A stretch of DNA of 64,000 nucleotides from Eledone cirrhosa (taxonomy: Eukaryota): positions 9,238,001 to 9,302,000 of the forward strand of contig OZ024745.1 of NCBI GenBank assembly GCA_964016885.1. Direction: 5' to 3'. The first letter of the stretch is position 1, and each line of letters opens with the position of its first letter. Below the pieces are notes generated by a model. That model saw nothing but the letters and a program-made list of their open reading frames with translations. It was not told where the DNA came from and ran no database searches. Shown here piece after piece: positions 58,201 to 64,000 of the stretch. The translations under genes were made by a program, and so were the position numbers.

Positions 58201-61200
58201 AGAGGCTACAGCAATGGGATGTGGTTTATTAAGAGGCTACAGCAATGGGATGTGGTTTATTAGGAGGCTACAGCAATGGGATGTGGTTTATTAGGAGGCT
58301 ACAGCAATGGGATGTGGTTTATTAGGAGGCTACAGCAATGGGATGTGGTTTATTAGGAGGCTACAGCAATGGGATGTGGTTTATTAGGAGGCTACAGCAA
58401 TGGGATGTGGTTTATTAGGAGGCTACAGCAATGGGATGTGGTTTATTAGGAGGCTACAGCAATGGGATGTGGTTTTTTTCGGAGGCTACAGTAATGGGAT
58501 GTGGTTTATTAGGAGGCTACAGTAATGGGATGTGGTTTATTAGGAGGCTACAGCAATGGGATGTGGTTTATTAGGAGGCTACAACAATGGGATGTGGTTT
58601 ATTAAGAGGCTACATTAATGGGATGTGGTTTATTAAGAGGCTACAGCAATGGGATGTGGTTTATTAAGAGGCTACAGCAATGGGATGTGGTTTATTAGGA
58701 GGCTACAGCAATGGGATGTGGTTTATTAAAAGGCTACAGCAATGGGATGTGGTTTATTAAGAGGCTACAGCAATGGGATGTGGTTTATTAGGAGGCTACA
58801 GTAATGGGATGTGGTTTATTAGGAGGCTACAGTAATGGGATGTGGTTTATTAGGAGGCTACAGTAATGGGATGTGGTTTATTAGGAGGCTACAGCAATGG
58901 GATGTGGTTTATTAGGAGGCTACAGTAATGGGATGTGGTTTATTAGGAGGCTACAGTAATGGGATGTGGTTTATTAGGAGGCTACAGCAATGGGATGTGG
59001 TTTATTAGGAGGCTACAGTAATGGGATGTGGTTTATTAGGAGGCTACAGTAATGGGATGTGGTTTATTAGGAGGCTACAGCAATAGGATGTGGTTTATTA
59101 GGAGGCTACAGTAATGGGATGTGGTTTATTAAGAGGCTACAGCAATGGGATGTGGTTTATTAGGAGGCTACAGCAATGGGATGTGGTTTATTAGGAGGTT
59201 ACAGTAATGGGATGTGGTTTATTAGGAGGCTACAGTAATGGGATGTGGTTTATTAGGAGGCTACAGCAATGGGATGTGGTTTATTAGGAGGCTACAGCAA
59301 TGGGATGTGGTTTTTTCGGAGGCTACAGCAATGGGATGTGGTTTATTAGGAGGCTACAGCAATGGGATGTGGTTTATTAGGAGGCTACAGTAATGGGATG
59401 TGGTTTATTAAGAGGCTACAGTAATGGGATGTGGTTTTTTTCGGAGGCTACAGTAATGGGATGTGGTTTATTAGGAGGCTACAGTAATGGGATGTGGTTT
59501 ATTAGGAGGCTACAGCAATGGGATGTGGTTTATTAGGAGGCTACAGCAATGGGATGTGGTTTATTAGGAGGCTACAGCAATGGGATGTGGTTTATTAGGA
59601 GGCTACAGCAATGGGATGTGGTTTTTTCGGAGGCTACAGTAATGGGATGTGGTTTATTAGGAGGCTACAGTAATGGGATGTGGTTTATTAGGAGGCTACA
59701 GTAATGGGATGTGGTTTATTAAGAGGCTACAGCAATGGGATGTGGTTTATTAGGAGGCTTCAGCAATGGGATGTGGTTTATTAGGAGGCTACAGTAATGG
59801 GATGTGGTTTATTAGGAGGCTACAGTAATGGGATGTGGTTTATTAGGAGGCTACAGTAATGGGATGTGGTTTATTAGGAGGCTACAGTAATGGGATGTGG
59901 TTTATTAAGAGGCTACAGTAATGGGATGTGGTTTATTAGGAGGCTACAGCAATGGGATGTGGTTTATTAGGAGGCTACAGTAATGGGATGTGGTTTATTA
60001 AGAGGCTACAGCAATGGGATGTGGTTTATTAAGAGGCTACAGCAATGGGATGTGGTTTATTAGGAGGCTACAGCAATGGGATGTGGTTTATTAGGAGGCT
60101 ACAGTAATGGGATGTGGTTTATTAGGAGGCTACAGCAATGGGATGTGGTTTATTAGGAGGCTACAGTAATGGGATGTGGTTTATTAGGAGGCTACAGTAA
60201 TGTGATGTGGTTTATTAGGAGGCTACAGTAATGGGATGTGGTTTATTAGGAGGCTACAGTAATGGGATGTGGTTTATTAAGAGGCTACAGCAATGGGATG
60301 TGGTTTATTAGGAGGCTACAGCAATGGGATGTGGTTTATTAGGAGGCTACAGTAATGTGATGTGGTTTATTAGGAGGCTACAGCAATGGGATGTGGTTTA
60401 TTAAGAGGCTACAGCAATGGGATGTGGTTTATTAAGAGGCTACAGCAATGGGATGTGGTTTATTAGGAGGCTACAGTAATGTGATGTGGTTTATTAGGAG
60501 GCTACAGTAATGGGATGTGGTTTATTAGGAGGCTACAGTAATGGGATGTGGTTTATTAAGAGGCTACAGCAATGGGATGTGGTTTATTAGGAGGCTACAG
60601 CAATGGGATGTGGTTTATTAGGAGGCTACAGCAATGGGATGTGGCTTATTAGGAGGCTACAGTAATGGGATGTGGTTTATTAGGAGGCTACAGTAATGGG
60701 ATGTGGTTTATTAAGAGGCTACAGTAATGGGATGTGGTTTATTAAGAGGCTACAGCAATGGGATGTGGTTTATTAAGAGGCTACAGCAATGGGATGTGGT
60801 TTATTAAGAGGCTACAGCAATGGGATGTGGTTTATTAGGAGGCTACAGCAATGGGATGTGGTTTGTTAGGAGGCTACAGCAATGGGATGTGGTTTATTAG
60901 GAGGCTACAGCAATGGGATGTGGTTTATTAGGAGGCTACAGCAATGGGATGTGGTTTTTTCGGAGGCTACAGTAATGGGATGTGGTTTATTAGGAGGCTA
61001 CAGCAATGGGATGTGGTTTTTTTCGGAGGCTACAGTAATGGGATGTGGTTTATTAGGAGGCTACAGTAATGGGATGTGGTTTATTAGGAGGCTACAGCAA
61101 TGGGATGTGGTTTATTAGGAGGCTACAACAATGGGATGTGGTTTATTAAGAGGCTACATTAATGGGATGTGGTTTATTAAGAGGCTACAGCAATGGGATG

Positions 61201-62406
61201 TGGTTTATTAAGAGGCTACAGCAATGGGATGTGGTTTATTAGGAGGCTACAGTAATGGGATGTGGTTTATTAAGAGGCTACAGCAATGGGATGTGGTTTA
61301 TTAAGAGGCTACAGCAATGGGATGTGGTTTATTAGGAGGCTACAGTAATGGGATGTGGTTTACTAGGAGGCTACAGTAATGGGATGTGGTTTATTAGGAG
61401 GCTACAGTAATGGGATGTGGTTTATTAGGAGGCTACAGCAATGGGATGTGGTTTATTAGGAGGCTACAGTAATGGGATGTGGTTTATTAGGAGGCTACAG
61501 TAATGGGATGTGGTTTATTAGGAGGCTACAGCAATGGGATGTGGTTTATTAGGAGGCTACAGTAATGGGATGTGGTTTATTAGGAGGCTACAGTAATGGG
61601 ATGTGGTTTATTAGGAGGCTACAGCAATAGGATGTGGTTTATTAGGAGGCTACAGTAATGGGATGTGGTTTATTAAGAGGCTACAGCAATGGGATGTGGT
61701 TTATTAGGAGGCTACAGCAATGGGATGTGGTTTATTAGGAGGCTACAGTAATGGGATGTGGTTTATTAGGAGGCTACAGTAATGGGATGTGGTTTATTAG
61801 GAGGCTACAGCAATGGGATGTGGTTTATTAGGAGGCTACAGCAATGGGATGTGGTTTTTTCGGAGGCTACAGCAATGGGATGTGGTTTATTAGGAGGCTA
61901 CAGCAATGGGATGTGGTTTATTAGGAGGCTACAGTAATGGGATGTGGTTTATTAAGAGGCTACAGTAATGGGATGTGGTTTTTTTCGGAGGCTACAGTAA
62001 TGGGATGTGGTTTATTAGGAGGCTACAGTAATGGGATGTGGTTTATTAGGAGGCTACAGCAATTGGATGTGGTTTATTAGGAGGCTACAGCAATGGGATG
62101 TGGTTTATTAGGAGGCTACAGTAATGGGATGTGGTTTATTAAGAGGCTACAGTAATGGGATGTGGTTTTTTTCGGAGGCTACAGTAATGGGATGTGGTTT
62201 ATTAGGAGGCTACAGTAATGGGATGTGGTTTATTAGGAGGCTACAGCAATTGGATGTGGTTTATTAGGAGGCTACAGCAATGGGATGTGGTTTATTAGGA
62301 GGCTACAGCAATGGGATGTGGTTTATTAGGAGGCTACAGCAATGGGATGTGGTTTATTAGGAGGCTACAGTAATGGGATGTGGTTTATTAGGAGGCTACA
62401 GCAATG
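46233..62406. repeat. 31-bp satellite array, ~16.2 kb, ~520 units
   Basis: Unit AGGAGGCTACAG(T/C)AATGGGATGTGGTTTATT repeated head-to-tail with no spacers. Confidence 0.99.
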
Positions 62407-62474
62407 AAAATGAGAAATTAAAAATAACAGCAAAGATGTTGGAATTTATTTTGAAGTTGTTTACTAGTCATTAA

Positions 62475-62730
62475 TTGGAATCACCAAGATCCCAGACCTC
62501 ATTCACTTTCGGAGTTGCGTGGAGTTTGTCAAATCAGATCAAGGAAACAATGTTTTCATTGGTCCTTACTTTCTGATAATATCTACCAGTTGCAACTCCT
62601 GGTAGAAAGAGCAAAGTGAAATAAAGTGTCTTGCTCAAGGACATAACACATTGCCTGGTCCAGGAATCGAACTTGCAACTTCACAATTGCAAATCCAATT
62701 CTCTAACCACTAAGCCACATGCCTTCACCA
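62475..62730 (-). mobile_element. tRNA-derived SINE (family B-like head)
   Basis: Minus strand reads GTGGCTTAGTGGTTAGAG (A box), GTTCGATTCC (B box), TGTCCTTGAGCAAGACAC. The 62475-62600 part resembles 9735-9835. Confidence 0.75.
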
Positions 62731-63057
62731 CCTATAACATGCTACAACCCCACCACCACTAAAATGAAAAATTGTAACACACTACAGGCCCCTCACTAAA
62801 ATTGAACACCTTCATATCAATAGAAGAAATTTGTTTAGGTACCCCCCCCCCCCCCCCCCCCAATCACATACTTTTCGTGAGGCCAATTCCTCCGTTATTT
62901 TGAAGTGTGGTATATTCCACTGACATTTGTCAAGATTGCTGCTATACTATGACATTGTTTATGGGGGAGTGGGGGGCACTGCTTGCTTTCAAACACCAAC
63001 ATACACAAACTCTTTGTTCCCTCTTTGTCTTTCTCTCTCTTTTTATCTATCTATATG

Positions 63058-64000
63058 TAATAATAATGAAATTATTGTGTACAGTGCTCAGATGCACTGC
63101 AATCCATCAAAGGTTCATGTATAGTACATAGAATAATGTACAAATGCCAGGAAAGTGAACAATGTATGAATCATGATATACACACAGATGCGTGCGTGTG
63201 TATGGAGGGCGAATGTCAGGTGGAGTGTTGGTGAATTTCTGGAAGCATGGAAGATTTAAAGGATGCAGTGTCTCGACAGCTAACAACTGATGCAGGTAGT
63301 TTCTTCCATGCTTCAGCAATTCTCAGTGTGAAAAAATGTTTCCGAAAGTCATGGTAGCTGTGCTGTTTTCTGACTTTGTAGACATGCGCATGTGTGTTAG
63401 ACACATGGAATTTAAAAAGGTGCTCAGGGTTGTTGTTGGCAAGATGGTTAATAATTTTGTGGGTGTTTACCAAGTTAGTTGCCAGATGTAAGAGCTTCAA
63501 TGTATCCATGCCCAGGGAAGCAAGGCGTTCAGAGTATGGTAGATGCCTTATGGAGAGTATTCGCTTGGTTGCACGTCTCTGAACAGTTTCCAGGAGGTCA
63601 ATGTTCCAAGCAAAATAGGGGTTCCAGACTGGTGATGCAAATTCTAAGTGTGACTGCACCATAGCTATATACAGTTTTAAATAGATAGCTGGAGAGCGGC
63701 TGACAAAGGTCATGCTGAGTGATGCCAAGACACCCTTGGCCTTCCTGACAATTTTAGAGTTGTGCTTTGTCCAATGCAAGTCGCTGTTGACAGTAATGCC
63801 TAGGTCACATTCACAAGAGGACTTCTTGAGATTAGTGTCGTGGAGGGAGTATGTGGACGCTGGGTTTTTCCTCCCAAAATGCATGGTGATACACTTGTCC
63901 ACAGCCAGCTTGAGTTGCCAGTCCATGATCCATTGCTGCATTGTGTCCAGGTCTGATTGCAGGAAAGATCTATAGTGTTCAGGATCTGTCCTTTTTATCT
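63058..64000 (-). mobile_element. CR1-type LINE 3' portion, running off the window
   Basis: ORF 63216-63941: WQLKLAVDKC, DLGITVNSDL, HLEFASPVWNP, FFTLRIAEAWKKLP. (ATT)n tail. Confidence 0.93.

Noticed and set aside
46233-62406. CRISPR-like array (31-bp repeat) or telomeric repeat (contains TTAGG)
   Set aside because: Units are contiguous with no unique spacers and there are no cas genes. TTAGG occurs once per unit and is not tandem.
62655-62730. tRNA gene
   Set aside because: A and B boxes are present but run into a SINE body, with no acceptor stem.

Overview
AT-rich, repeat-dominated eukaryotic genomic DNA. The tRNA-SINE, RTE and CR1 repertoire and the very long (TA)n tracts suggest a mollusc, most likely an octopus (inference). 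I found no convincing host protein-coding exon, rRNA, tRNA gene or CRISPR array, and most ORFs in the track are microsatellite or antisense artefacts. Main contents: (1) a near-full-length RTE LINE (33398-37342, minus) whose ~1080-codon APE-RT-PHD frame is broken only by two in-frame TGA codons; (2) further RTE and CR1/L2-group LINE fragments; (3) a mariner derivative whose 5' end is replaced by a copy of its 3' end; (4) a non-autonomous Helitron, a Mutator-like foldback element with a perfect 9-bp TSD, a hAT-like MITE and an 82-bp hairpin element; (5) many tRNA-derived SINEs; (6) a ~16.2-kb array of a 31-bp satellite with higher-order structure; (7) two candidate divergent Pol II starts with non-coding first exons (minus near 3420, plus near 24212); (8) a 200-N gap at 29301-29500. 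The most striking recurring signal is a high density of fold-back/inverted structures. I cannot support a new multi-gene system here.
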